A stretch of 64,000 nt of DNA from Elsinoe ampelina (GCA_010093995.1 ML992525.1:1-64000); one strand, 5' to 3'. Counted from the stretch's first letter, positions 52,109-64,000 are shown. Translations and numbers: made by a program. The notes: generated by a model not told the origin, from the sequence alone.

Positions 52109-52897
52109 ATGACAACCGCCCACCGCCCCACCTTCGACCCAGCCCGAGGCAAAGACGCCGCCCGCGGCCCCGCCTACCACCAACGCCTCCTCCCCGCGCA
52201 CAAAACTCTCAAATACCGACAAGCAAACCAAGGCACGACCTCGGAGACCGCCCGCCGCGACCTCCGCGCCGAGCTCCTCCGCAAAGAAAAGCGGCACTAC
52301 GCCTCCAAGTCCGGGATAGAGTACACCTCCTCCGACGACGACGAGGATGTCCCCCGTCCCCACGCCATCACCGAGAAAGGCGAAGGGCACAGCCAGCAAG
52401 GGGCGAAACGCAACCACGACACCGCGAACGGGTCCGACGCTGGCAGGGAGGTGGTGGACGAGGAGGAGGAGAGCTACGAAGCGAAACGCGCCCGCGTCCT
52501 GGCCGAGACCAAAGACCTAGACGCTTCCTCCTCGGGCTCCGGCTCGGACGACTCCTCATCCGACTCGGACGACGACGACGACGACGACGACTCGGAAGCA
52601 GCGCTCATGGCCGAGCTGGCGCGGATCAAGAAGGAGCGCGCCGACGCCGCCGCGAAAGAAGCCGCGGAGAAGGCGAAGCTGGACGAGGAGGAGAGGGAGA
52701 AGGAGATTGCGTATGGGAACCCGTTGCTTAATCCCAAGAGCGAGGAGTATGGTGTCAAGAGGAGGTGGGATGATGATGTGGTGTTTAAGAATCAGGCGAG
52801 GGGGCAGGGGGAGAGGGAGAAGAAGGGTAAGGAGTTTGTGAATGATTTGTTGAGGAGTGATTTCCACAAGAGGTTTATGGGGAGGTATGTGAGGTGA
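52109..52897 (+). CDS. cwc15: Pre-mRNA splicing factor Cwc15
   Basis: MTTAHRPTFDPA, VKRRWDDDVVFKNQA and FVNDLLRSDFHKRFM. Confidence 0.97.
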   Translation: MTTAHRPTFDPARGKDAARGPAYHQRLLPAHKTLKYRQANQGTTSETARRDLRAELLRKEKRHYASKSGIEYTSSDDDEDVPRPHAITEKGEGHSQQGAKRNHDTANGSDAGREVVDEEEESYEAKRARVLAETKDLDASSSGSGSDDSSSDSDDDDDDDDSEAALMAELARIKKERADAAAKEAAEKAKLDEEEREKEIAYGNPLLNPKSEEYGVKRRWDDDVVFKNQARGQGEREKKGKEFVNDLLRSDFHKRFMGRYVR

Positions 52898-53101
52898 TTT
52901 GGTGGGGATGTTGAGGATGGTATTATGAAGGAATGGGCATTCTGTCATCAGTCATGGTTCAGACGATGTGGGGCAAGGTCACCAACACAGATGGAGAAGT
53001 CAAAGGGCAGTAGAATGATGCAATTCCTGCTCAAACTATCAAAGGCTCGTAATTTGGAAAGATCACGCTGGGGGTATCTGTCACTCGCATCATGCAAGCA
53101 G

Positions 53102-54399
53102 CTAGTACTGGTTGTTGTTGCTGATGCCGGCGGTGGTGCTATCGCCCAGACCGGTGGTACCTGTGTTGGAGGTGGAGGAAAAAGTATCGGCGCCAGCGGC
53201 TTCGCGCTTGGCGTGGCCCTTGCTGGCAAGGTTCTCGTTCTTGAGGAGACCGCCAGCCTTCTCCATGAGCTTGCCAACGGTGGAGTCTGAGATGGATTAG
53301 CAATTGCATAGAGAGGAGGTCACGAAGGGTGGAAGGTTAGGGTAGGCATGGAGATGGTCGCAAAAGGGGTATCACATTTTTTTCCAAGCAAGCTGTCTAA
53401 AAGACAAAGGCTCACGAACACATGAGCAGAGGGAGTAAACGATGAATAGACATACCATTGCCCTTGCCACCATGTTTGGTGGTGTCGTCGTTGCGGCTGG
53501 ACGAGATGCCGGAGCTGCCGTACTCATCACGGCCGCTGCCGCCGAGGCCGGAGGTGGTGTCGCGACCGGAGGAGCCATATGTATCATTGTTGCGGCCAGT
53601 GCTGCTCAAGCCGGAGGTGGTGTCGCGGCCAGAGCCATAGGTATCGTTGTCGCGGCCAGTGCTGCTCAGGCCAGAAGTGGTGTCACGGCCGGAACCGTAG
53701 GTATCATCGTTGCGGCCAGAGGAGAGACCGGAACTGCCGTACTCATCACGACCAGTGCTGCCGATGCCAGAGGTGGTGTCACGGCCGGAGCCCAAGCCGG
53801 AGCTACCATACTCGTCGCGGCCGGTGCTGCCGATGCCTGAGCTGCCGTATGAGTCGGTGCCCGGGGTGTTGTGAGTGTTGTGGGTGCCTGATGGGTGGGC
53901 ACCGGGAATGGCGGACTTGACCTTGTCGGAGGTGGAGGAGTTGTAGGTATCGTTGTCGCGGCTGTAACCGGTCAAGCCGGAGCTACCGTAGTTGTCGCTA
54001 CCGGTAGTGGTGCCGTGGGTGTTGTGTGTTCCAGATGGGTGGGCGCCGGGGATGGCAGACTTGATCTTATCACCAGTGGTGCTGCCGTAGTTGTCATTGC
54101 TTCCGTAGGTGTTGGAGCTGCCGTAGGTATCGTTGTCGCGGCCGCTGCCGGTCAACCCAGAGCTTCCGTAGTTGTCACTGCCGGTAGTGCCGGTGGTGCC
54201 GTGGGTGTTGGACGACCCGTGGCTGCCTGGGAGGACATTCTTAATCTTCTCGCCGATGCCACCGCTGGAGCGGGTGTTGTCGGTGTTGTCGTAGGCGCCA
54301 GTGCGGCCCTGGACGTTCAAGTCAGTAATGGTTCTCGAGGGTAGATGCAAGACAGGTGATACTCACAGAGTCGTAGTTGTTGTCACCGTACCCAGACAT
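53102..54399 (-). CDS. Gly/Ser/Thr-rich hydrophilin (dehydrin-like stress protein), 3 exons
   Basis: Exons 54399-54367, 54308-53455 and 53287-53102 (approximate). Repeats GRDNDTYGS/GRDEYGSS and DKIKSAIPG; C-terminal DSTVGKLMEKAGGLLKN motif. TATAAA at 54522-54517. Confidence 0.85.
53500..54200 (-). repeat. Degenerate coding tandem repeats within the hydrophilin gene
   Basis: Near-identical ~54-nt units (SGRDTTSGLSSTGRDNDTYG) and duplicated longer blocks containing DKxKSAIPGAHPSGTHNTH. Confidence 0.85.
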
Positions 54400-55327
54400 G
54401 ATTGCTAGTGTACGAAGTATGTAAATGTGAAGTTCTGATTGTTTTCCTTCTGGTGTTTGAGAAAATAGATGTGGCTTGAAAATGAAAAGGATGCATCTTG
54501 GACCTACCTCGAGCTCTTTATAGCTCTTTACCGTCAGGTACGCCTGTGGCACCCGTGGCTAGACAACGCACGGCAATTGCCAGCTCAGTCCGCAGCTCAA
54601 GCTACTCCATCGTGACACCATCTTTGGCAAATGCAGGTTTCGCTAATCCCGCATGCCAATGGCGTGTCCGGGGGCGCCAACGATGACCTAGCGATGAGGG
54701 CAGAGTTTCCGTTGGCCATCCGCGAATGACTACGGCGGTTCGGACGGCTGAAGCATGCCGTGGGAGTCGTCACTGGCTGCAATAGAAGAAGGAAGAGACG
54801 AGAAACCCCACACCAGCTTGCTCAAAAGGTCAATTCCAGACCCGTGGAGCTCGTGATGTTTGTCGTGGTTGGCAGGGACTAGTAAGCGATCAGGGCCGGA
54901 CGAAACGAATCACAAACAGGAAAATGCGCATGCCTTGTGGCTAGTGAAGGCGCTTGCGTGCTGATCATTGTGTCTATCGTGGCAGCGAGGAGGGCAGTCC
55001 GGATCGCGATGGCATGATGGCATCGAGAAAAATAATGACGATCTGTGGCGTTTGCTAGCTTTTCCTCAGCTTGCTGCCTTTCCCCGCTCTGTGGCTCGTG
55101 GATGCCTGCGCCACTTGTATCCACTTCTGTGGCACGCACCATGAACTCTAATCCTGTTTCTTCTTTTCATCTGACCGGAATTTCCACAACCACTGCTAAT
55201 GACGATCCGTATCCAAAACAGCCAAAAGAGTCCTGTTTAGCCTCGAGATGGAACGCCTCGTACCATCTCACTGCCAACTTTGTTTCGAGCACATGATGCA
55301 GCTGACGCGTCTGCCCGTCACTCCTCC

Positions 55328-57196
55328 CTACCACTGTACCGCTTTTGCATCTCGATCCTTGATGACGGAGTTGGGTCCTGGAGCGAGCACGCAAAGGCTC
55401 TCCTGTGTGCCGAAGACCCTCAACCTGTTCCCGTATTCTTGCCAAAACTCCGCTGTCCATCTCGGCATCAGCCGACGAGGTACCCATTTCATTATTTCGT
55501 CGGTCCAGTTCTGGTCCTGGAGATCGGGGTCTACCGGTCCCTGGTCCCAGGTCTCGAGAGCATCGTCCTGATCTGTAGCAGTCGGTAGATCGTCGAATTG
55601 CACGACGGGGTCTTCCTCGGCAGGGGTATCTTTGGCATCGTCCTCCTGCAAGCCGTCAAAGGCGGTAGCATGTGCAAAGCGGCTAGGTTGGTTGGTGGTC
55701 GGCGTCTTCTTGGACGATTTGGAAGCTGTCATGGTCTCCTTGATAGGAACCACAATCTTAGTCTTCACGGTCTGCAAGACAGAGCCCAAAGTGCTCTTTG
55801 ACTCTTGATCGGCATCCACTGCAACGCCACCAGGCCCGTCGTCCTCGCTTGATCCAGCATCAAGCCCATTGGGTCCTTCGACCGGCGTCCTATCAGCCTC
55901 CAGCTTTGACGACAGCTTGATCGCTACCTTCGCCGTGAGCATGCTGTCGTATCCTGCTTCGTGATGAGCCGCGTAGTCGTCGTACTTGACAAAGTTCCCG
56001 TGTGTATTGGTAGTCGGCTTGTCATGCTGATCCATCTGTTCCGCAATCTGCTGCAACGAAGACATGGGATTGATATCACCACACTCGTGGGTAGCGACGT
56101 ACTTTGTATCCACTATGACGGGGAAGAGCTCGTTGATCTTACTCGCAAACCCCTCTACTGTCTCAGGTAGCTGTCCAATGAAGGTCTGATACAAATAGAT
56201 CAGGTCGAGGAACATGTTGTGCCCGATCACAGGTCGAGGCTTGTTCTGTAGCAAGTGCTGACATCGCTGGAAACGTGCTTTGATGTCAAAATTGGCCGGG
56301 ATGATCTGTCCCTCTTCGTTATATTCCACGAATGTCTGCCAGTCGATGTTAGCGAAGCTGCGACCTGCGATGGCTTCGATGACCCATCGAAATCCTGTCT
56401 GCCGGTAGATTCGCTCCTTGGTCTCCTTCATCTTCTGTCTTTTGATGGCGTCTTCTCTATCCTGGTCTAGATGTCGTACTTGGATTGTACCTCGTCGAGG
56501 GAAAGTGACAAGCTTTTCAAAGTCTGATCTCACGATTTGATGTATGAGCCGCTTCTCGTAACGTGACAGCTCCTCTGGCGGAACAGGTAGCGAGGTGATC
56601 TCCCTCGGTCCAATGGTCAAAGGCTCTGCCTCCCCACTCGGAGTCTTCAGCCAGTTCTTGACGAGCAGATTGATCTTCTTCTGAAGTGCTAGTGCTTCAG
56701 TCTCCTCTGGCTTGATTACCATGGGCTCGTAGAAGTCGTTTGTCCTCGATAATCGCTCCTCTGCTCTCTGCTCTGCCAGCTTTGCCTCATCCCGCGAAAG
56801 GTAAGGCACGCCTATTGCAAGCGGCGCCTGAAAATTGAAGCCCACACTGTTCAAGAACTCGACAGCGCCGCTATGAAAAGAGAAATCTCTGTCTACATCT
56901 AGACGCTCACTCAAGGTCGGATTGAGGTTGACGTTGAAGGGTTTGAGTTCATATCTGCCATCGATAGTGTCCTCCTTGACGCAAGTGAGGCCGACTTGCA
57001 GAATCGTGTACTTCTGCGCCGCGAGTCTGATTTCGGCATACCGTTGTTGTAGCGTCTGCTTGCCTGCATGACTAGCTCCGTACGGCCTCACTGGTACTCC
57101 GGATAGTTCTAGATCGAGTGCGACGAAGTGTGACTCTGACACTGCGGTGAGAATTTCCAAAAGCCTCGCTGGGAATTGGAATCTGTTGACATCCAT
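55328..57196 (-). CDS. CAF1-family PARN-like poly(A)-specific ribonuclease
   Basis: DEDDh motifs ALDLELSG, GHNMFLDL, VDTKY and HEAGYDS, with an R3H-like insert. Confidence 0.9.
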   Translation of the reverse strand: MDVNRFQFPARLLEILTAVSESHFVALDLELSGVPVRPYGASHAGKQTLQQRYAEIRLAAQKYTILQVGLTCVKEDTIDGRYELKPFNVNLNPTLSERLDVDRDFSFHSGAVEFLNSVGFNFQAPLAIGVPYLSRDEAKLAEQRAEERLSRTNDFYEPMVIKPEETEALALQKKINLLVKNWLKTPSGEAEPLTIGPREITSLPVPPEELSRYEKRLIHQIVRSDFEKLVTFPRRGTIQVRHLDQDREDAIKRQKMKETKERIYRQTGFRWVIEAIAGRSFANIDWQTFVEYNEEGQIIPANFDIKARFQRCQHLLQNKPRPVIGHNMFLDLIYLYQTFIGQLPETVEGFASKINELFPVIVDTKYVATHECGDINPMSSLQQIAEQMDQHDKPTTNTHGNFVKYDDYAAHHEAGYDSMLTAKVAIKLSSKLEADRTPVEGPNGLDAGSSEDDGPGGVAVDADQESKSTLGSVLQTVKTKIVVPIKETMTASKSSKKTPTTNQPSRFAHATAFDGLQEDDAKDTPAEEDPVVQFDDLPTATDQDDALETWDQGPVDPDLQDQNWTDEIMKWVPRRLMPRWTAEFWQEYGNRLRVFGTQESLCVLAPGPNSVIKDRDAKAVQW

Positions 57197-57629
57197 ATTT
57201 TTTGGGAGGAGCTCCTGATGATGGTGTCTCTGGATTGTCGCGCTCTGATAGTGTACACAGTCTTCTTGTGTAACCTGTGCAAGATGAAGTTGTCCGGACA
57301 ATGGGAGTACGTCGTACAGTAGTACTTAGAGCTCTACAAAACCCGACAACGAGCACTGATTCGCAGAAATTGGATATCCATGGTCGATTAAAAATTAGTG
57401 TTGGATGTGGAATGTAGTCAGTGATTGGGAGCGTGGAAACACTTGCGGAGTGGCAAACAAGCCTGTGACGCCCACAACCGGATTCACTGATGCTGGACTT
57501 TAGATTTCACATGTATCGGCGTCACCATTTCAAACTTTCCATGCACGATTTCTATGATATTTACATGCTGTCTCCTCACGATCATGCACTGTTCCCATCA
57601 CTTGTGTACTTCATTCGACAACTACCAGA

Positions 57630-59491
57630 TCACTTCATCTCCCTCTCCTCGTGCAAGCTGTCGACGTCCACCACTTTTGCCACAGGACCTTCATACTTCC
57701 TTCTGGCGCCGAGCCAATAAGCAGCAAAGCATATGATCATGAAGCCGACAAATATGACAGATGCCCAATTGAAGTTGACTTGCGTGACTTGGTAAGCATT
57801 GGGCCAGAAGCTCCAGAAGAAGCACCAGAAAGCGTAGAGCAGAGACGTGACATTCACTGCCAGACCATACCTGCCCAGAGACCAACGAGCTGCTGGAAGT
57901 GGCTCGCCTCGCAATCGGCGCAGGGTAACGCAGCCGATGGACAGGACGTAGGTAGCCATGAGCGCACTGACTGCCAGAGACAGGAGTGCATTGAAAGCGG
58001 TGGTGCTACCGATGTTGATGAGTGAAAGCAAGACCGTGAAGACGATGGTGAAGATGATGGAGTTGACTGGGATCTTGAGACCGGGGTGGACCTTGGCAAG
58101 CCAGGTAGAGCCAGGCATGCCATTGTCGCGGGCGAAGGCGAAGGTTTGGCGGGATGCTGATGCTATGACAGAGGCAGTGATCATGAGCAGGAGGATCTCG
58201 ACCACGATGACCATACCGGTGGTACCAGAGACCGATCCGATAGCATTTTGGAAGACGTAGACGAACGGATAGCCGGTGGTAGAGGTGAGTGCTTCTTCGA
58301 TGTTGCCAATGCAGAATAAGTATCTACCGTTATGTCAGTGGTTACATCGGCGGGGTGACAAGGCAACTTACGTGACGAGCAAGAGAAACGTGAAGGGAAT
58401 GTTCAAGAAGAATGCCCAGACCATGCTCTTCGGCACAATCACACCAGCATCCAAGACCTCCTCAGACATGTGAGCGACCGAGTCGGAGCCGAGGACTACA
58501 AACATGGACGAGACCTGTCCGACCAGTACTGTTGCTCCCATATTCGGCCATCCCGCGCCATTGTCCGTGAATTCAGTGAACACGGCTGCAGCAGTCTGCT
58601 TCGTCGGACACAAGACCCACAAGACCGCGATGACTGGGACGAAAGCAAAGACGTGCAGGAGCGCAAAGATGCCTTCGGCAAGCGGGAGATGTTTCGCTCC
58701 GAAGATGTTGAAGAGCGACAGAATGATGACCGATGCCATGGTAAGCAAGGTAACCTGCCATCTCTCGGCGACGAAGGTTTCATTGTTGAGGACGATCAGA
58801 GCTTGGACGATACCGCCAACCAGGAAACAGTCGATTGTGACGATGCTTTGCCAGGATATCGTAGAGAGCCAGCCTGGTTCGTGTCAGGGGTACCTTGCTT
58901 CCTGCGGGCCTCTGTGTAACTCACCGGACAGATAGCTCAAGCTACGCTGAAAGCGGGCTGGAGCAAATTCGGAAACCCAATGGTACTGGCCGCCTGCAGT
59001 CTGTTCCCGTCAGCGAAGCCTGTGGTGGTACAAGAGTGGATCTTGCCGGAGCCATGGATGCCATCTCAGCAAGGGACAGAACAACAAAGGTTTGTCCCAC
59101 ATAGCACCAGACCAGTGACCAGAAGAGGCCAGGAAGACCTCCTGCAGTCAATCCCTGGGTATTGGAACTATATGCACGTTAGCTACAGTAGTCGTGATAT
59201 CGTGCATGCTTTGATACGTCAGGAGAATCTACAGAAGTCAGCTGCGATTCGAAGAGTCCATGTTGCGAGAGCTCTTACTTCCCATGTCCCCATGACACAC
59301 GTGGTGAACCCGACGGTAGAGATAATCTTGAAGTTTCTCCGAAATTCCTGCTTTTTGCCCATTCGGTGCATGTCTCGTTTGTCGTACGCTGAGACCGCTG
59401 TGTGGATGCCATCGAAGGTGCCATCGTCAGTAGGACTGCGGGCTTCGTTCACGAAGGCACCGGCGCCGTGAGATTTGTCTAAAGAGCTCAT
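57630..59491 (-). CDS. APC-family amino acid/GABA/choline permease, 6 exons
   Basis: Spliced LAEMASMAPTAGGQYHWVSEFAP, AHMSEEV and SRQTFAFARDNGMP. Contains a GC-AG intron (59046-59001) and an 11-nt microexon (59228-59218). Confidence 0.92.
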
Positions 59492-60649
59492 GCTGGCAAT
59501 GATCAAGCGTAAGAAGAGTGGCTAAAGGGAAAGAGTGCTACGAAGGGAAGGGAGGAAGAGGTATGTGATCTGGCAAATCTGGCCTTAGAGATCTACCACT
59601 AAGATGGTCGTTACAAGATGGCGTACACATTGCCATTGATAGCCAAGTGCACCCGATCAGTCAAATAACCCGTCGAAAAGGACGTGAAACTTGGCTCGCT
59701 AGCTAGCTTCGACAGACGACCGGTCAAGCAAATTGCATGCACGACGGCGTCGAGTCGAGTCGGGACGAATGAGCATGGTGCTGCGCCGTAGACATGCATG
59801 AGAAGTCATTGAGCTTCCTCAAAAAGGTGATAGCCGGCACTCGGCACTGATGGTCCAAGCCGGGGCTGCATGCACGAAGGCGTTCCTGGCTTGTGAATGG
59901 ATTGTCCCTTGCTACGCCGCAGGGACTCTGACAAACGACGGAGTAATTTGATTGAGCCCTTGCGGCGAGAAGTGGGTCGAAGTTGAGATGTGAGGTGGCA
60001 CGGGTGCCTCGGGGAAAGGCCAGCTCCCGCTTCGAAACCAAAGGTCTGTGTGGTTCGTCCACTATTTTCCGGCCCACTGTCATTACCCTCGAATTCATAT
60101 TCGTGAGGATTGATACTACAGTAGTTACCACAGCGATTTGATCTCGACGAAGACGAAGAAACGGAGTGAGGAAGCTATGCCGCCCCGCCCACTTCATTTA
60201 ACAGGGAGCTTTAAGACCTTTGGTAAAGTATGCATAATCCCTGGTAATCTCAGGATTAGTCTCCTCTGGGCCCCAGGTGGTGATGCAAGGCCTGCCCGGA
60301 TCTTGAACGCCCGCGCATCGGCTACAGGCCAGCAAGCTGCAGCCCGAGTTGCAGAACATTCGTCTGCGGCACAGTCAGGCTTCGACCAGCATAGTGGCGC
60401 GACATGTTGGTGAATTACGGTCGCGCCGTGGATCGGTCGAACATGATTCGGCTTTCACATGTGCCACGCAAGTAATCTTCCGGTAGGTTCCAGCTCGACA
60501 TGTTTTCACCATGCAAGACAGCGGCGCGGACGGCCGAGAAACATTTGCTCGTGTAACGAACTCAGGTGCCGACCATAGATACTTGTCGCTGCCTCCATCA
60601 TGATGGTGGATGCTTTTGGGAGACCTTCTGACACACTCCATGTCCCACA

Positions 60650-61818
60650 ATGCTGAGCACTTTGCTCGTGGTGTCCATATGCTTGCTGGCATGGACGATC
60701 TTTACACTGCTCATCCGGGTCTATATGCGGATGAAGGTTAATGGACCCTGGGGCTTTGATGACTGGGTTGCTGTACTTGGGACTGTATGCTGCGAGGATT
60801 CCTGGAACACTACTAGGCGAAGTTTGCTGATTGCCGCAGATCAGTGTCGTTATACATACCATCCTAGCACTTCATCGACTGAACGAATGGTCTGTGACGG
60901 AAGTGACCCGAGCCCTTGGGACCGAACTCGCCATCAACATCCTGTACCTTTTCACAGTTGCCTCATCGAGGATCTCAACAGGTCTCTTGCTCGAACGTCT
61001 GGAACGCAAGCGAGCGAATGTGCTTGCTATTCGGGTCGCAAACTCGACATCCTTGGTGTGGCTTGCTGGAGGGTCGATCGCCTTGGGCGCTTTGGAGCGA
61101 AAAGGATGCGCAACTTCGGTAAGCTGAGTCGTTCTGTTAGAAACCGACTTGACCTGACGAGCCTTAGTTCCCTGCCTGGTCTACGCTAGAGGCTACCAGC
61201 ATCTTGCTCGAGCTTGCCGTCCTCATCAATGTGGTAGTGCTCGTCTGGGATTTGAAAATGCCGTACAAGCAGAAGAGTGTAGTCACTCTATCGTTCGCGT
61301 TGAGGCTAGTGTAGGCCACGTCATGCCCAGCTCATGGTAGTCATGCTGATTGTCACAGAACCATTGGACCGTATACGCTCCGCCTGGTGTATCTCGATAA
61401 ATCAAGCTGCAGCAGATATGGTCTTGGATCCAATACTGCCCTGACCGTCACATCATTTGTTGCTGCGCACGTCAGTATCATGGTCGCGACTTTCTCATGC
61501 GTCAAGCAATTCCTAGGAGCTTTCGACACTGGGGCATTTGGAACTGGGACCATCGGCAAATTGATGGACACACAAGACAAGTCGTACGAAATGTCTCAAG
61601 TGTCCAACAAGAGCGTGCCGGGGCAAGAGAGGGCGATCAGTCGACAAGATATGCGGCTACGACCAGACAATGTCGGGTATACCGTGACAGAGATCGAAAC
61701 AAGTGGCCAGATAGAGGCAGTTGATGGCTCCAGCGTTGCCAGTGATGATAGTGAGCAAGGCATCATCCGGAAAACCCAACATTGGGACGTTACGGATGGA
61801 CCAGGAAGGGCGACTTGA
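60650..61818 (+). CDS. PTH11-like (fungal rhodopsin-domain) integral membrane protein, 4 exons; start uncertain
   Basis: RVYMRMKVNGPWGFDDW and WDLKMPYKQKSVVTLSFALRL, with several TM segments and three GT-AG introns. Confidence 0.75.
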
Positions 61819-62079
61819 AGACTAGCCCTTTTGGATGTATACAAACCTGTTGGCATCCACTTCCAAAATATTGTCTCATCTGAAAGTCGCGATTGCACGG
61901 TGTGAGTTGCACGATTCCGGGCAGTAAGCAAAGTGACTTAATAGAGAGCGGTACAGATATATGCTGGTCGTGCAGCAAAAAGAATTGCTATGGAGGTGAC
62001 GCGATGGAATTTTGAGCATGTGTAGCAGCTCCAAGCGTGTCAAGCGAAGGTCGGCGATTCTCAATCAAGACCCAACAAG

Positions 62080-62085
62080 CCGAGG
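62080..62085 (+). promoter_or_regulatory. Candidate FarA/FarB site CCGAGG upstream of pex26
   Basis: Exact core ~130 bp upstream of the ATG, with CCAAT at 62109-62113. Confidence 0.45.
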
Positions 62086-62213
62086 CAATCATGAACGCCC
62101 AGCCAAAGCCAATCAATCGCTCCGCGCCATGCTGTACAGCGACATCATTGACATTGGTCTTTTCTCCCTCTCCACATCTGTCATAAACTGCAGATGCGTA
62201 CTATGCGACTGCA

Positions 62214-63606
62214 ATGGCACCAAGCTCGGTAACGTCCGCTACGACTACACATGATGATCCGTCGCATTACCTTTCTTCCTCGATCTCATCCTTGTCATCA
62301 CAACGCGCGCAATCCTCATGGCTAGCAAAAACATATCGCCAAGCGGCGCAGCTCTACCTCACACGACGACTCGCAGAAGCACTAGACGCGATCGAGCCAG
62401 CTGTATTTCCAGACGCGTTTCTACAAGGGCACACCAATGGCAGCTCGGATGAAGACGGTGCGCGAACAACAGCACCTGTTGCTCAGTCGTCAAGAGGCAC
62501 AAGGGTGAAGATTTGGAGCTTCTACCTGACTCTCCTCAACGCAATCATCGAACTGGGTCCGGAAGAAGGAAAATTGGCGTTTGGGAGCACGAAATGGAAG
62601 ACCATTTCAAGCAAAGCGAGGACTGGCAATATATGGGATGAGGTTATCAGACATGGATATGGCGGATCAGAAGGGCAAGTGGATGGTGAGGTAGTCGCAA
62701 ATCTGTTAGTATCCTTTGCAAGAGTAGCTATGCGAAAAGCTGACGCATACAAGCGCGACCTTGCTACTCACACACATGACCGATCAACGACTGAATCAGC
62801 AACGCCTCGAGACGTACCTGTCCGCTTGCATGAATCCTGCGTTTGATGTGGCTGCGCACCTGGAAGCTTCTCAGAATGGTCGCCCGGTCCCGCGACGGAC
62901 AGACAGCACAGGCGCAAGCACTCCGAGGGACCTCAACACCCGACTCAAACTCTTGGAACTGTACACCCTCCACGTGCTCCCTCGGAACGAGGAATGGGAC
63001 TACGCTCGTGACTTCATCAGCATGAGTGAGGTGCTGGACGAGGAACGAAGGGATGCGTTCCTTGCCGCGTTGCAATCGCTGAGGGAAGAGAAAAGTCTCG
63101 ATGCAATCCGCGAAGCAGAGCTCAAGAAACGGCAGGATGAAGAGCTTCGGAAACGTCGGGACGAGGAGAGTCGGCGAAGGCGAGACGAGGCAGAGGCAGA
63201 AGAAAGGGCAAAACGGGAAGAGAAGCAAAAGCCACCGCCACGAAAAGGACCTCCAGAATCTAATGCAGCTCGAGAGCAATCAAATCAATCCAGACAGGTT
63301 GGATCTTCTCAACGGACTCCAGCTCCACGACCGAATCGACCGGCAAGGAAGAGTCAACCACCTCCAGCGACTATCCTTCAACGCGCTTCGTTGGTCCTGT
63401 CATCGCTGCAGATGTCTTTGGTCAACGCGACTCACTCGATGCAGAAGAATCCGATGGCAGCACTACGATATCTGCTTTTCTTGTTTGCGTTCTTGGTGGC
63501 TGTGGCGAGAAGGGACGTGCGGCAACGGATCAGACGAGCCTTTGATGATGGCTTTTTGAAGCTGAGACAAACGCTTGGTATGGGCGTGAAAGTCTCCTAT
63601 ATTTGA
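62214..63606 (+). CDS. pex26: Peroxin Pex26 (tail-anchored), 2 exons
   Basis: KTYRQAAQLYLTRRL, LELYTLHVLPRNEEWDYARDFI, a C-terminal TM and GMGVKVSYI*. Intron at ~62705-62753. Confidence 0.9.
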
Positions 63607-64000
63607 CCACGTTGTGAAAGCCATCTTAGTTGTCGCACTATTATACCCTTGGTCAATTGTATTTTTAGCGCATTCCCTTATCTCACTGGCTTCCTATGCC
63701 TGATGTTTGTGAGTGAAACCTACGATCAGGGCGGACCACCCCTTCAACTATAAACGGGGGGGTTGACCTCCGATGCCAACCCGGGGAAGCTCACCACCGC
63801 ATCTTGGCCAATGCCCTCGACATCGACAACGACATACAACTTCAAGATCTTCTACACGCTCTTCCTTATCCTTTGTGGTTATGGCAATCAATCCCTGAGC
63901 ATGTTTCACATACCAATGGCCTGTCATTAAACGATAATTTCCTGTGGCTTAGAGGCCACGTTCCTCGATTATCATGGATCCACAAGCTGTAGCCGAGTTG

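Noticed and set aside
52568..52591. (GAC)n microsatellite
   Set aside because: It encodes the ordinary poly-Asp tract of Cwc15.
53500..54200. Regular repeats that might suggest a CRISPR array
   Set aside because: They are degenerate in-frame coding repeats without unique spacers, in a eukaryotic context with no cas genes.
63740..64000. Possible 3' end of a minus-strand gene or structured RNA at the window edge
   Set aside because: An intron-like GTATGT...AAAG and a short open frame exist, but the region is truncated and has no recognisable motif.

Overview
Gene-dense, intron-containing eukaryotic DNA from a filamentous ascomycete. The ~45-55 nt GT-AG introns with CTRAC-like branch points, the RIP-like AT-rich edge and the gene set suggest a Dothideomycete-like fungus (inference). 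About 25 protein-coding genes can be built by hand: NiCoT nickel permease, a secreted HExxH protein, Ecl1-like, Ku70, ferrochelatase, MFS transporter, GH35 beta-galactosidase, CLC, IAH1-like esterase, Cys2/CysA, an F-box/TPR-like protein, PDA1, PIK1, a CBM48 tail-anchored protein, a 1375-aa coiled-coil orphan, an INO80 subunit-like protein, OMA1, GT69, TMEM170-like, PEX8, RRP45, CWC15, a dehydrin-like protein, PARN-like, an APC permease, PTH11-like and PEX26. There is no CRISPR array, rRNA gene or secondary-metabolite cluster. The most notable unexplained signals are: (1) about 8 sharp C/A-rich to G/T-rich strand-skew switch islands, mostly 6-11 kb apart, that ignore gene orientation and exon boundaries; (2) a Pol III tRNA-like gene at 7341-7462 with consensus A and B boxes but a non-canonical anticodon arm; (3) a hydrophilin with motifs resembling plant dehydrin K and Y segments. 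All family calls come from recalled motifs, not database searches.
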